From positions 104,036,001 to 104,100,000 of the forward strand of contig OZ360219.1 in NCBI GenBank assembly GCA_977017645.1: a stretch of 64,000 nucleotides of DNA, read 5' to 3'. Both the position numbers and the translations under genes were made by a program. How positions within the stretch are numbered: position 1 is the first letter of the stretch; each line of letters opens with the position of its first letter. The notes beneath the pieces are model-generated. The model made no database searches and was not told the origin of the DNA. It saw only the letters and a list, made by a program, of their open reading frames with translations. This document shows, piece after piece, positions 1-11,789 of this stretch. This DNA comes from Torpedo marmorata. Its lineage: Eukaryota.

Positions 1-46
1 CGCAGACAAAGCTGCGGCTTGGGTTCGCTGAAACGCTGCAGCTCCC

Positions 47-1830
47 TTGGCATTTGAGTCAAGCATCAGAAATACGGGAGAACCTACACCAGTGAGTTTT
101 CCAGATACATTACCTGTTACAAGAGGCGGTGAACAGAGCAATGTGCTATCATCCATGGGAAGACAAAGTGAAATCGCTGCATCATTGATCCAGCTACAGT
201 CTCTCTCTTCTTTGCCCAAGAAGGAGATACAAGCTTTTAATGGTGACCCACTTCAGTACCAAGCGTTTATGAGATCTTTTAGACGCAATATTGAAAATAA
301 GTGCCAAGACCCTGAAGAATGTCATTATTATTTGGAAATGTTCACAGAAGGACAGCCAAGGGAACTTGTAAAGAGTTGTTAACATATGTCCTCGGATAGA
401 GGATTAGACAGAGTTAAGTCTTTACTAGAACAGCATTTTGGCAACAAGCATCGAATTGCTTTAGCTTATATGGATAAAGCTCTTAAATGGTCATCAATAA
501 ATCCGAATGATTCAACAACTCTACAAGCATACACTCTTTTTTTAAAGAGGATGTTGTAATGCCATGGAAGATATTGATAATATTCATGAGCTTGACGTGC
601 CTGGTAATATGCGAATCATCTTAGATAAATTACCCTACCAGATGTGGGATTGATGGAAAAATTTAGCTTGTGATTTCCAGGAAATATACGATCAAAGAGT
701 CACCTTAAAGGATTTGGTAGATTTCCTTGAACGACAGGTGTACATTGAAACAGATCCAATATATGGAAATAACAGAGACACTTCAGTGGGGAACAAAGAT
801 GTAAGGAGGTCTAACTCACAGCCTAGTCCGAAATTAAAAAGGTGTACCTTTGCTACTACTGTGTCAGTTATAAATAAAGAAAAGGATAAAGTAACTAAGG
901 AAAAGGAGAGTTTTCCTAATGAGAAGAGTTGTTTGTTCTGTAAAGGCAGATATGCTTTGGAAATGTGTTTACGGTTGGAAAAGAAGGAACATAATGAGAA
1001 GATCACTTTCTTAAAAGAAAATGGAGTATGTTTTGGCTGTCTGTGTAAAGGACACATCAGTAAAAACTACAAGAAGCGACTTAACTGTAATATATGCAAT
1101 TTGAAGCAGCCTAGAATGCTGCATATCCATCAAAGTAACAAGGAATTGGAAAAGGAGCAAACACAAACAAAGGAAACATCAGAAAACAGTGTTTTAGCCT
1201 CGGTTCAGACAAGTGGTCTTACCGGGGCCGGTGTGGATAACTGCAAACTTTCAATAGTGCCTGTACAAGTCAAGACCAAGAAAGGGAATGTAACAGTATG
1301 TACTTATGCATTTCTCGACCCACGTAGCACTGCATCTTTTTGCACGGTGGGACTAATGAACAAACTTAATCTTCAAGGAAAAAAAGGTGAAGATTCCATT
1401 GAAACCATGGGACAAGAAAAAGTTTATTGAAACCAGCATTGTTTCGGGCTTAGAGGTTGCTGGAGTGCATAGCAAAGAATTTTGTGATCTTCCAAGTTTA
1501 TACACTCAGAAGACTATGCCTGTGCATGAAGGAAACATCCCACATCAAAACGATATCCATCAGTTGTCTTATCTGTGGAAGGTTTATTTACCTGAAGATA
1601 ATTCTGAGGTAGAGATGCTGATTAGTTCAAATGTACCAAAGGCTTTGGAACCACTAGAAGTAATACGGAGTGTGGGAGATGGTCATTATGCTATTAAAAC
1701 CATGCTTGGTTGGACAATCAATGGACCATTAGAAAGAAATAATGATATTGCTCAGGAACAGTTAGCGATAAATGTTAATAGGATTTTGGTTGTGAAATCT
1801 GATGAGTTAAGGGAACAGCAAAAGACTGCA
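47..1830 (+). pseudogene. BEL/Pao gag-protease, broken by stops and frameshifts
   Basis: ORF fragments 47-382, 714-1430 and 1387 onward contain a DUF1759-like gag, CCHC knuckles and an aspartic protease (AFLDP). Confidence 0.8.
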
Positions 1831-3426
1831 AATAAGAAAGTCACTTTTGAAGAAAAGAAAACAGATCAATGTGAAAATAAATCAAAAACATGTAAAACAA
1901 CATTGAAGGAATTATCTTCATCAGAAATAGATGAAAATGAAGTATTAGAAGATGTTGCAAATACTACTGGTGATTATTCCTGTGTAATTGAATCTGAGGC
2001 GGGACTAAAACAAATGACTGAGAACAAATTTGAAAGTAGCTTTTGTAGCTCAGAGGTTACAGCAGACAAGGTCAATAAAGAAATCTCGCAACATGCTGCA
2101 AAGCTGACGAACGCAGAAAATTGCACTGATGGAATAAAGAAGCATGTGACTGACAATTTAATGCAACTGTATTCAGAGAACAAAATGTTGAAAAAGGACT
2201 TGGAAATATTAATAATCATGAAAACAGTAACCAGAAAGATTTAATTGTAAATAAAATTCACAAAGCCAGAAAGCGGAAGAAAATAATAACTGCTGAAGAA
2301 ATAAATAGTTATTGAAGAAAGAGATTCAGCATTATCAAGATGTAAAAGGTTGGAGGAAGAGATTTATCTTTTGAAAGAGAACACAATAACACAAAACAGC
2401 TGACTATAGAAAACAATCAAGAATGTAACTTAAAGGCCCAGCTACTAACAGTGCAGAAAGAAAGTGATATTGCATTGCAGCAATGTAACAAGCAAGATGA
2501 AGAAATTCAAACATTTCAAGTTTACTACAGCAGGGTTAACAACAGAAGTACCAATGAATCACATGATCTTTTCACTTAAGATCAAGTTATTAATTTCGCG
2601 GAAGATAATGAGAGAATTACTTTCTTATTGAAAGAATTGAATGCAGGAAGAGAATCTAATAAAAGGATTAAAAATAAATGGTCAGACACTGAGACTGAAT
2701 TGAAAGTTGCAAAATTAGATCTGGAATTGCAGGAAAAGGCAAAAGAAACCAGAGAGGTTGAAAAGACTACAGTTTTAGTTAAAGAGATTTGTTGGAGCCA
2801 TAAGTGGAACCAGTCTACTTCTTTACAGAAGTTTTCTACAAATGTTGTGGCTGTTGATGAGTTTGAAGAACTAATGTCGTTTGAATATTACCTTATCTAT
2901 GATCAACTGCAGAAAAGAAAGAAAAAGATGAGAAAATCTGTTGCAGGAAAGGTTAAAGAGACTTGTTTATTAAAATCGAGAGGATCAGATAAATCTTCAA
3001 AATCTAGTTCTCAGAGTTCAAATTCTTCTTATGAGAAGTGAAATGCTGAAGAAAGCGAAACAACTCGCTGAAGAAGTACCTCATGTTAAACTCAAAAGGA
3101 AAACTGTATCTATTTTGTCTGAGATTTGAGGTTTACTGGTCGAAGTTTTAACTCAAAGATTCTGGAGACAGAGGAACTTTGATAAGTACAAACTTACTTT
3201 ATTTTGTTGTTTTTTGCCTACTACACAGGTTACAGACTTTATTGATCCAGAGTGGTGGTAAAGATCACTCTTTTTCAAGGCTATATGCTGGTAACCTCTG
3301 GCCTTATGAAGAAAGAAGAAAGAAGATTTGTATATTGTTTGAATGTTATATGTTTATTGTTATTTGTAATTGATTGTGTAATTATTATTTAAGACAATGC
3401 GTCTCATTGTAATAATTAGGGGCCGG

Positions 3427-3986
3427 TGTAAGAGCCAAAGGCTCGCTTCTTACCTCCATGGCGGCGTTCCGTTGGTCCCCACGGGCGTCGGAGGCGTCCC
3501 GGAGTTTAGTAGGCCGTGCGCGGCCATGTTGACTACTCTGCGCATGCGCGAGTGCCAGCAGGCGCATGCACGGTGGGTAGGTGTATTGGAGTGCCAGCTG
3601 GTGCATGCGCGGGGGATCTGCGGATGGGAACGCTTTGCGCAAGCACAAACCTTTGGCACGATTGCTGCAGGCAGTTAGCCCGCATTGAGCCTTATGATGG
3701 CATAACGTTGAGGAGGGTGAGTGAGGCTCCCATAATTTTCGTTGATCGTTATCGCGGATCGTTCCTATTTCGTTATTGAGGATCGTTTTTACGGACGTTA
3801 TGTTACGTTAAGCTATTTATGGAACCTTAAAGAAGATCGTTACGTTATTGCAGATTGCTACAAGTCATCGTGTGTTAATAAACTTTTTGAACCTATTGGA
3901 CTTGGTAGTAAATTAATTGAAACGCATCACGAACAAGTGTCTCATCTAGCTTCCAAGCGACTATTTATTGGATCGAAGTCGCTACA
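3427..3986 (+). repeat. 3' LTR of the BEL element
   Basis: Starts TGTAAGAGCC directly after the purine-rich tract AGGGGCCGG, contains AATAAA at ~3877, and ends GCTACA exactly where Rex1 RT sequence begins. CpG-rich. Confidence 0.85.
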
Positions 3987-4161
3987 AATGGTATTGAAGG
4001 CCGAGCTGTAGTCGATGAAGAGTAGACGTATGTATGAATTGCTGTTTTTGCGGTGATCCAGAGCTGAGTGGAGAGCCAGCGATATTGCATCTGCTGTGGA
4101 GCGATTGTGACGATAGGCGAATTGCAGTGGGTCCAGATCTTTGCTTAGGTACGTGTTAATT
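3987..4161 (-). mobile_element. Rex1/Babar family A RT fragment, target of the BEL insertion
   Basis: Near-identical to ~9312-9486; encodes [27 protein letters not shown]. Confidence 0.9.
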
Positions 4162-5363
4162 AGGTACGACCAAAGAACATAGAGCAAAATGCTGTACTGA
4201 AAAGAGGTAATTGTTTGATGCAGTATTTCATTCAAATTGTCCAAACAATTGCAAGTTTCAATTGTTAAAAGATAAAAATATTATTTTGGGACTCAAGTAT
4301 ATTTATTGGAAGAAAGCCAAAATTAGAACACATTTGTTCCATTAATTCTCAATGAATGAATTTTTATGAAAAGCTGCACCAATCAGTAACTTCAAATTTG
4401 CAAGTCATTTTCACTTTTTCTTTCACACTGAAATCTTCCCACAATACACAACTCCCAAATAAATTATACTCCTGTGTGACTCATCCTGCTGTTTCCTGCA
4501 CATCTTGTAAAGCAAGTTATGTCGTCATCAGATCTTGTCCACAAATCTCCATCCACAGAACCATTCATTCCTCTACCAGTGTACCCCAAGTTTGGAAATG
4601 TTCTCAAAGCATGTTTTAACTGAGCTTTTGGTCAGCTCTGCTTATTTCCATTTGCAAAGTCCTAATTGTAAAATATCTTCTACATTAAAGGCATGGCATA
4701 AGTGCAAGTTGTTGATTCGAAATAATTTACTTTTTATTCAATTGCATTAAAGTGGCGGCAAGCTCACAATTATCTGCGGAAACCTTCATCTACATTGTCT
4801 TTTTAATTTAGTCAAAGCTTATGGGTGCTTTATGAGAGTATCATCAATATAAAATTAATCACAGTTTGGTCCGGGAACTGGTTGGCTCAAGACCACAATG
4901 AATTGCAGAGTTGTGAATGCACAAACCAACCACCCCTCTATCCACTCTGTCTAAAGACAAGGCAAAGAGATAGATTTAAAAAGCAACTTCAAAAAGGAAA
5001 GAGATATGTGGAGGTTTGGGAACGGAATTCTGGAATGTGAGGCTCAGTTAACTGAAGGCACGTCATGAAGAAAATCAGTGACGACAAGGGCGTAAAATGG
5101 GGAATGTAATGATCTTAAGACTGCTGGAGCCCTGGATGAGGGTAAAGAGGAAGGGAGAGAGGGGTTTGAAAACAAGCCGGTGAAGTTTTAAATTCTTAGC
5201 AATTTGACACACTTCAAATTTTCCTTTACAAACGAACTTTAATTTTGCTAAGGTACTCCCAGCCTTTTTCCCAACAAACACAGCATTGTATGAGTAATTT
5301 TTACTTTCTCTTAGGCAGGTCGGGTGTCAGTCAGCGCAATTATTTTTAAACTCACCATCAATC

Positions 5364-5575
5364 GGTTGGCTTAGCAGTTAACACAACGCTGTTACAGCGC
5401 CAGCGATCGGGACTGGGGTTTGAATCCCACGCTGTCTTTAAGGAGTTGGCATGTTCTCCCTGTGTCTTCCTCCCACCGTTCGAAACGTACCGGGGTTATA
5501 GGTTAATCAGGTGTAATTTGGCGGCACGAGCTTGTGGGCTGAAATGGCCTGTTACCGTGCTGTATGTCTAAATTA
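5364..5575 (+). mobile_element. tRNA-derived SINE, HE1/V-SINE-like
   Basis: A-box-like TGGCTTAGCAG, B-box GGTTTGAATCC, core GGAGTTGGCATGTTCTCCCTGTG; homologous to 57598-57840. Confidence 0.75.
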
Positions 5576-5949
5576 AAAAATTAATTTAAAAATCCAGCAG
5601 AAAGGTTTATTAACTTGAATCTTGCTTCTGTAAATATTGTGCACCACATGGTGTGAATTACATTAAAAAATCCTTTAATATAACACTGAACATTTGCCAA
5701 CTTTTTTAGATTAATTGTCTGCACCTAATCTACAGGAAACATACTCCAGGGGAAAGTGTTTATGCAATCTCGACAGAGAATGTGGAACGGTCTTTGAGTG
5801 TGCATACGTTTGTTGTTTAATTACTCGATCGCCTGCTATTCAAAAGGAACAGCATATGGATCTTGTCCAATAATCTTAAAAATAAACACACAAAGTAGTA
5901 TGCCTGTACTACTTCATGTACGCAAGGACCTCCCAAAGGCCAACTACTT

Positions 5950-6425
5950 CACCCCATTGCCAAACTGACATGCCTGTCCATGGCCTCATGTACTGCCAGG
6001 TTGAGGTCACTCTCAAATTGGAGGAACACCTTACATTCTGTCTCAGCAATCTCCAGCATCAATATCAACCTCCAATTTCCGTCAACTCCCTCCCCTTGTC
6101 CCTCTAGATCCCTCATCCCTCTGTCTCCCTGCTTCCAACCCTCCATCCCTTCTCTTATCTTCTTAACCCTCTGTCCTCTCCCCGTCACTTCTTTCTTTTC
6201 AACCTCCCACCTGTATTCACCTATTACCTCTTACCTATTAGTCTGTGTTCGTCCCCCTTCGCCTCCCCCCCCCCACCTTGTTATTCAGGCCTGATTTTCA
6301 GCACTCCTGAAGAAGGGCTCAGGCCTGAAACATCGACTGCCTTTTCCTTCCTATGAATGCTGCACAACCTGCTGAGTTTCTCAGCACTTTTGTGTACTAC
6401 ACCAGACCCCAGCATCTGCAGATGC
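5950..6425 (+). mobile_element. Penelope-like element (PLE) 3' remnant
   Basis: GIY-YIG C-terminal peptide (DMPVHGLMYC..KLEEHL.FCL), pyrimidine-rich spacer and pLTR-like end; homologous to 45600-46097. Confidence 0.75.
6301..6340 (+). ncRNA. Minimal hammerhead ribozyme-like motif in a PLE terminal repeat
   Basis: CTGAAGA (6307-6313), A, stem II GGGC-TCAG-GCCT, GAAA (6327-6330), C-ATC. Related copies read GAAACGTC/GAAACGTT. Cleavage activity is not shown. Confidence 0.5.
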
Positions 6426-7019
6426 CAGGTAGGATTGTTGGTGGCTCCTCCTTGAGTTTAAAAAATGCACAAACCATGCTATAAATTCAATAAACTTGCA
6501 AGGTTTTTTTCTCTGAGGTGGCATTCAATCTTATTCTGAACAAATTTATTTGCAACTTCTGCAGAAAAAAAGCTTGCATTTATATAGTGCTTTTCACATC
6601 CATTTCACAATACCCAAAGAGCTTCCCATTCCACTTTTGATATCAGTCAATTATAACATAACAATAATTTATTCAATGAGTAATGAGAGTTTATTGTCAT
6701 ACACACAAGTACATTGTGCAGATGCACCAAACTTCTTGCTTGCTGCAGCCAACCAGGTACGCAAGATACACCAACTAAAATAGTATGCACTATGATAGTA
6801 TTCACGTGCAGCAAATGTCCCAAAATAATGATCCAGTAACTTGAAAAAAAATCAGGCATCAAGCTTCTTTTGCCTCCTTCCCAACTCTGAGGAAATGCCT
6901 TCAGAATAATCAGCATCTACGACCATCATCTACCTTCTGTATGCCAGCTGCCATCGAACCCACAAAGCACAAAAATTAAGAGTGAGATGGAATACTTTGA
7001 ATTTCAATGTAAAATTAAA

Positions 7020-7247
7020 AATTTATTTTCAACACAGTAGAAACTGATTCCAGCCAATGAAACCGATGCTGCCCAATTACACCCAATTATCCTACAAACT
7101 CTACAAGTTTTTGGAGGGTGGGAAGAAACCAGAGTACCCGGGAAAAACCCACACAGGTCACGGGGAGAACATCAAACTCCTGACAGCCAGCACCGGATTC
7201 GAACCCAGGTTGCTGATGCTGTAATGGTGCTGCACTAATCGCTATGC
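7020..7247 (-). mobile_element. HE1/V-SINE-like SINE
   Basis: Reverse-strand B-box (GGATTCGAACCC on +) and core homologous to the other copies. Confidence 0.7.
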
Positions 7248-8242
7248 CACTTTCCACTTGCCTGGATGAGTATGATACCTACAACTCTCAAGGAGCTTGA
7301 TGTAATCCCAACCCTATCTGCGATGACAAGGAGGGCCTAGTGCTGCAGTCTACTGACAAGGTAGAACCCAGCTCCCAGGAACTTATAATTATGTTGCCTT
7401 TGTCCTGTGACTCTGCCCTTCTGCACTGTGTCTTGTTGTACTATGTACGAGATGTCTAGTCAGAATGCTCGCAAAGCAAACGTTATCACTGCATCTTGGT
7501 ACATGTGACAATAAAATTGAACTGGAGCTTGATCCAGGACAAACCAACAGACTTGAAAAGCTCCTCACCAATCACCTGACACATTCACTCTGTCCACCAT
7601 CGGCACACTGTAAGTTATGTCTCCCTGCACTCCCTGACATTTCCCAAGCCTGCTCCTTGAGCACCAAGGAGGACAGGGGGCATCAAGTGCATGGGAACTC
7701 CATCACCTGCAGATTCCCTCCAAGTTGCACACCATCCTGATTTGGAAACATATCATCACATCATCATCATCGCTGGTTCTAAATCCTGGAAGTTCTCCCT
7801 CTCTTGCCCTGTGGGAGCACCATTGTCAGAGAAACTGCAGTCATTCAAAACAATGACTTATCGCCTTCTTCTCAATGACCAGAGGGGATGGGTGATAATT
7901 GCAGGTCTTGCCAGTGACATGCAGATCCTCAAATGTGGATTTTAAAAACAAAGAGGAAATCTGCTGCTGCCTCGCTCATCTGGCCTTTATGTGACTCAAA
8001 CCCTTTTTATGGTGCAACCCCGCATTAAAGCCGACTCAAGAAAAAAAATAAAAAGGTGAACTTACTTTTTATGGTGACGACCTATATGACGTTTCCAGTG
8101 CTGAGCTGCGTCGGGAGCCGGCTTCCCGATCTGAGGGAGGTGGGGCGAGTGGTGCAGTAGCACCGCCCGCTACCATGACGTCAAACATACGCACTGAGAA
8201 GGGAAAGCGGCCTATACCCGATAATGGCGACCGAAGAGAAGG

Positions 8243-10909
8243 TCAGAATCAGAATTTATTGTCATGAACAAGTCATGAAATTCGGTGTTTTGCGGCAGCA
8301 TCATAGTGCAATTAATATTCATATTAACCATCTAACGACATTACTATAAAAAAGTTATAAGCAATAGTGCACGAAAAGTAAGGCAATGTCTTTGGTTCAT
8401 TGATTATTCAGGAATCTGATGGCAGCGGGGAAGAAGCTGTCCTTGTGCCATTGAGTGCTCGTCTTTAGGCTCCTGTACCTTTTTCCCGATGGAAGCAGAG
8501 TGAACAGGGCATGGCCTGGGTGGTGGGGGTCTTTGAGGATAGAGGCTGCTTTTTTAAGACACTGCCTCATGTAGATGTCCTCGATGGAGTGCAGTTTGGT
8601 ACCTGTGATGTCACAGGCCGAGTTAACAACTCTCTGGAGTTTACTCTTGTCCTGGGAGTTGGCGCCTCCATAACAGGCAGTGATGCAACCAGCCAGAATG
8701 CTCTCCACGGTACACCTGTAGAAGTTTACGAGAGTCTTTGGTGACATACCGAATCTCCGCAGACACCTCACAAAGTATAGCCGCTGACGAGCCTTCTTTG
8801 TGATTGCATCAACGTGGATGCTCCAGGACAGATCCTCGGAGATGTTGACACACAGGAATTTGAAGTTCTTGACCCTCTCCACGACTGAGCCCTCGATGAG
8901 GACTAGGTCATGTTCCCCTGACTTCCTCCTGAAGTCCACAATCATCTCCTTGGTTTTGCTGACGTTGAACTCAAGGTTGTTGCCATTACACCATTCAACG
9001 AACTGATCTATCTCCCTCCTGTACGCTTCCTCATTGCCGTTTGTGATTCTGCCGACAACTGTGGTGTCATCGGCAAACTTGTAGATGGCATTGGAATTGT
9101 GCCTGGCCACACAGTCATGGGTGTATAACGAGTAGAGCAGTGGACTTAGCACGCACCCTTGGGGTGCGCCTGTGTTGATAATCAGTGAGGACGAGACGTT
9201 GTTTCCAATTCGTACTGACTGTGGTCTTCCGATGAGAAAGTCAAGGATCCAGTTGCAGAGCGGGGTACAGAGGCCTAGAGTTTGTAGCTTCTTGACCAGC
9301 ACTGAGGGAATAATGGTATTGAAGGCCGAGCTGTAGTCGATGAAGAGCAGCCGTATGTATGAATTGCTGTTTTCGAGGTGATCCAGAGCTGAGTGGAGAG
9401 CCAGTGATATTGCATCTGCTGTGCAGCGATTGTGGCGATAGGCGAATTGCAGTGGGTCCAGATCTTTGCTTAGGTATGTGTTAATTCTGGCCATGACCAG
9501 CCTCTCAAAGCATTTCATCACAGTAGAAGTTAGTGCTACTGGGCGGTAGTCGTTGAGGCAGCCCACACTACTCTTCTTGGGTACCGGGATGATTGATGCC
9601 CTTTTGAAGCAGGTGGGAACCTCTGACTGCCGCAATGAGAGGTTGAAAATGTCCGTGAACACACTGGCTAGTTGGTTGGCGCAGATTTTCAATACCCTGC
9701 CAGGTACGCCGTTAGGGCCTGACGCCTTGCGAGGGTTCACCCTCTTGAATGATGTTCTGATGTCGCCCTCAGAGACAAATATCACAGGGTACTCAGCCTT
9801 TTCAGGGATTCTCGTCAGCACTGTTTTGTTCTTCTTCTCAAAGCAGGCATAGAAGGTGTTCAGCTCATCGGGTAGTGAAGCATCACAGCCATCTATAGTG
9901 TTCGCCCTCGCTTTGTAGGCTGTAATGGCCTGCACTCCCTGCCATAGCTGGCGTGTATCTGTCTCTGTCTCTAGCTTCCTCTGGAATTGCCACTTTGCTT
10001 CAGAGATGGCCTTGCACAGGTCGTGCCTGGACTTTTTATAAAGATCCCGGTCCCCAGCCTTAAACACCCTTGTTCTCGTCCTCAGCAGGTTGCGAATTCT
10101 CTGATTCATCCAGGGCTTCTGGTTGGGGAACACCCGGTATTTGCGTGTGGGCACACACTCATCCACGCAGGTCTTGATGAAGTCGGTGACACCTGTTGCA
10201 TATTCATTTAGGTCTATGGCTGAGTGCTTGAATATGTTCCAGTCCACCGATTCAAAGCAGTCCTGCAGACGCTCCTCCGCCCCCCTCGACCATACTTTCG
10301 CCGTCCTCACCACTGATGCTGTGGTCTTCAGTCTCTGCTTGTACGCCGGGAGTAGAAGTACAGCCAGGTGATCAGACTTGCCGAAGTGCGGTCGTGGTAT
10401 TGCTCGGTATGCGTTCTTCACGGTGGTGTAGCAGTGGTCGAGAGTGTTGGTTCCCCTGGTCTCGCAAGTGATGTGTTGGTGGTAGTTTGTCAGTGACTTC
10501 TTCAGATTGACCTGATTGAAGTCTCCCACAATGATCGGGAAGGCATCAGGATGTGCTGTCTCATGGCTGTTTATCACAGTACTCAGTCCCTCCAGTGCCA
10601 GCCTGACGTTAGCCTGGGGCGGAATGTACACTGCGACCAGGATGATGGCGGTGAACTCCCTCGGCAGATAGAATGGGCGACACTTGATTACCAGATGTTT
10701 CAGGTCGGAGGAGCAGGACTGGGACATGACCGTCACGTCTGTGCACCACGATGAATTGATGATGACACAAACGCCGCCTCCCCTGGTTTTTCCAGACGCC
10801 GGTGTTCGGTCAGCGCGATGGAGGGTGTAGCCTTTGGGCTGTAGCGCCGTGTCCGGAATGTCCTCGTTTAGCCACATTTCTGTAAAGCACATCACGCAGC
10901 ACTCCCTGA
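8243..10909 (-). mobile_element. Rex1/Babar family A LINE, 5'-truncated
   Basis: APE and RT ORF, 3' UTR with AATAAA and an (ATTCTG)n tail. No TSD seen. Confidence 0.92.
8397..10895 (-). CDS. Rex1/Babar APE endonuclease plus reverse transcriptase, 832 aa uninterrupted but N-terminally truncated
   Basis: APE motifs CFTE.W, VYIPP, GDFN, LD and SDH; RT motifs [20 protein letters not shown] and KFADD; C-terminal KKARQRLYF. Confidence 0.9.
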   Translation of the reverse strand: MMCFTEMWLNEDIPDTALQPKGYTLHRADRTPASGKTRGGGVCVIINSSWCTDVTVMSQSCSSDLKHLVIKCRPFYLPREFTAIILVAVYIPPQANVRLALEGLSTVINSHETAHPDAFPIIVGDFNQVNLKKSLTNYHQHITCETRGTNTLDHCYTTVKNAYRAIPRPHFGKSDHLAVLLLPAYKQRLKTTASVVRTAKVWSRGAEERLQDCFESVDWNIFKHSAIDLNEYATGVTDFIKTCVDECVPTRKYRVFPNQKPWMNQRIRNLLRTRTRVFKAGDRDLYKKSRHDLCKAISEAKWQFQRKLETETDTRQLWQGVQAITAYKARANTIDGCDASLPDELNTFYACFEKKNKTVLTRIPEKAEYPVIFVSEGDIRTSFKRVNPRKASGPNGVPGRVLKICANQLASVFTDIFNLSLRQSEVPTCFKRASIIPVPKKSSVGCLNDYRPVALTSTVMKCFERLVMARINTYLSKDLDPLQFAYRHNRCTADAISLALHSALDHLENSNSYIRLLFIDYSSAFNTIIPSVLVKKLQTLGLCTPLCNWILDFLIGRPQSVRIGNNVSSSLIINTGAPQGCVLSPLLYSLYTHDCVARHNSNAIYKFADDTTVVGRITNGNEEAYRREIDQFVEWCNGNNLEFNVSKTKEMIVDFRRKSGEHDLVLIEGSVVERVKNFKFLCVNISEDLSWSIHVDAITKKARQRLYFVRCLRRFGMSPKTLVNFYRCTVESILAGCITACYGGANSQDKSKLQRVVNSACDITGTKLHSIEDIYMRQCLKKAASILKDPHHPGHALFTLLPSGKRYRSLKTSTQWHKDSFFPAAIRFLNNQ

Positions 10910-11391
10910 GTGCTGGTGGAGATCTACCCTGAGTGCTGGTGGAGATCTGTGCAGGCAGTCTTAGGACTCAGGCAGATCTCCTGCGCAGCATAATTAGCTC
11001 TACATTTTATTTTAAAATCGCGCATCTGGGTCGCGGGCTGACGGCGTCATCGCGACGTCATTAGCCCTCCCCTTTCCAGCCACTTTCAGTGGCTTTCATT
11101 TTATGGTGGAGGTGGAGAGATTCTCTCCACCTCTGTGTGTACCCCCTAGGCGGATCGGAGTACGCCTTGCCAATCCGCCATCGGACCTTTTATGGAGGTA
11201 AGTGAGGCGACTTAAAGACAAATGTTCTGTCTTTACAGTCGCTTTCTTTGCACTATAAAAGGGGCTTCAGATACACAACAACATGGATGCCTCCAATAAA
11301 TGGCTTAGCAAGCCAGTTATTTTGTGTAATAAATGCTGCCCGTCTCAAAAGATATATCCCTGAAATGAATTAAAGCAATCTAAGCAGCCAT

Positions 11392-11770
11392 TTATGTTTT
11401 TTTACGCAGCCGCTGCGTTCCAGGAAATTATTCCCAAATTCCCGGAACACAGTCTGTGTAAAAAGATCATAACGGGAATAAGGGACTCATTCCCGTTCCG
11501 AAATTTTACCTCCTCGACCCCTAGATAACTTCTCGGATTGCCTGCTGTCTAAACTGAACTGCAGGCAATCCGTGAATAATGGGCTAATGAATAGGACGTA
11601 TTGATGACGCGCGATGACGCGTAAAGCCTTACTTCTGGTATTCTGTCTAAACTCGCGGACAGATACGGATATTTGGAGTTTTGGTCGTTCCTGTGTGAAC
11701 GGCCACTCCCAGAAGGTAGGGAGACACTTCAGAACGGAAAAATCACGTAAGGTCTATGTAAAAAACATAA
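11392..11770. mobile_element. Harbinger-like MITE
   Basis: Imperfect TIRs TTATGTTTTTTTACGCAG / CTATGTAAAAAACATAA, internal CTGT(G/C)T(A/G)AA repeats, CpG-rich. Confidence 0.55.
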
Positions 11771-11789
11771 TTGATTATTAACGCAGTGA

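Larger units (their letters stand above)
1..3986 (+). mobile_element. BEL/Pao LTR retrotransposon, pol-deleted; 5' end lies outside the window
   Basis: Gag-like pieces (LPKKEIQAFNGDPLQY..F; CLFCK..H-type and CFGCL..GHI zinc knuckles), protease motif YAFLDPRSTASF and peptide KTMLGWTINGP, followed by a PPT and a TG..CA LTR. No RT, RNase H or integrase motifs lie between the protease and the LTR. Confidence 0.85.
7999..11266. mobile_element. PIF/Harbinger-like MITE interrupted by a Rex1 LINE
   Basis: Imperfect TIRs AACCCTTTTTATGGTGCAA / TTGCACTATAAAAGGGGCT, a 3-bp TSD TCA (7996-7998, 11267-11269) and internal repeats of TTTTATGG. Confidence 0.65.
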
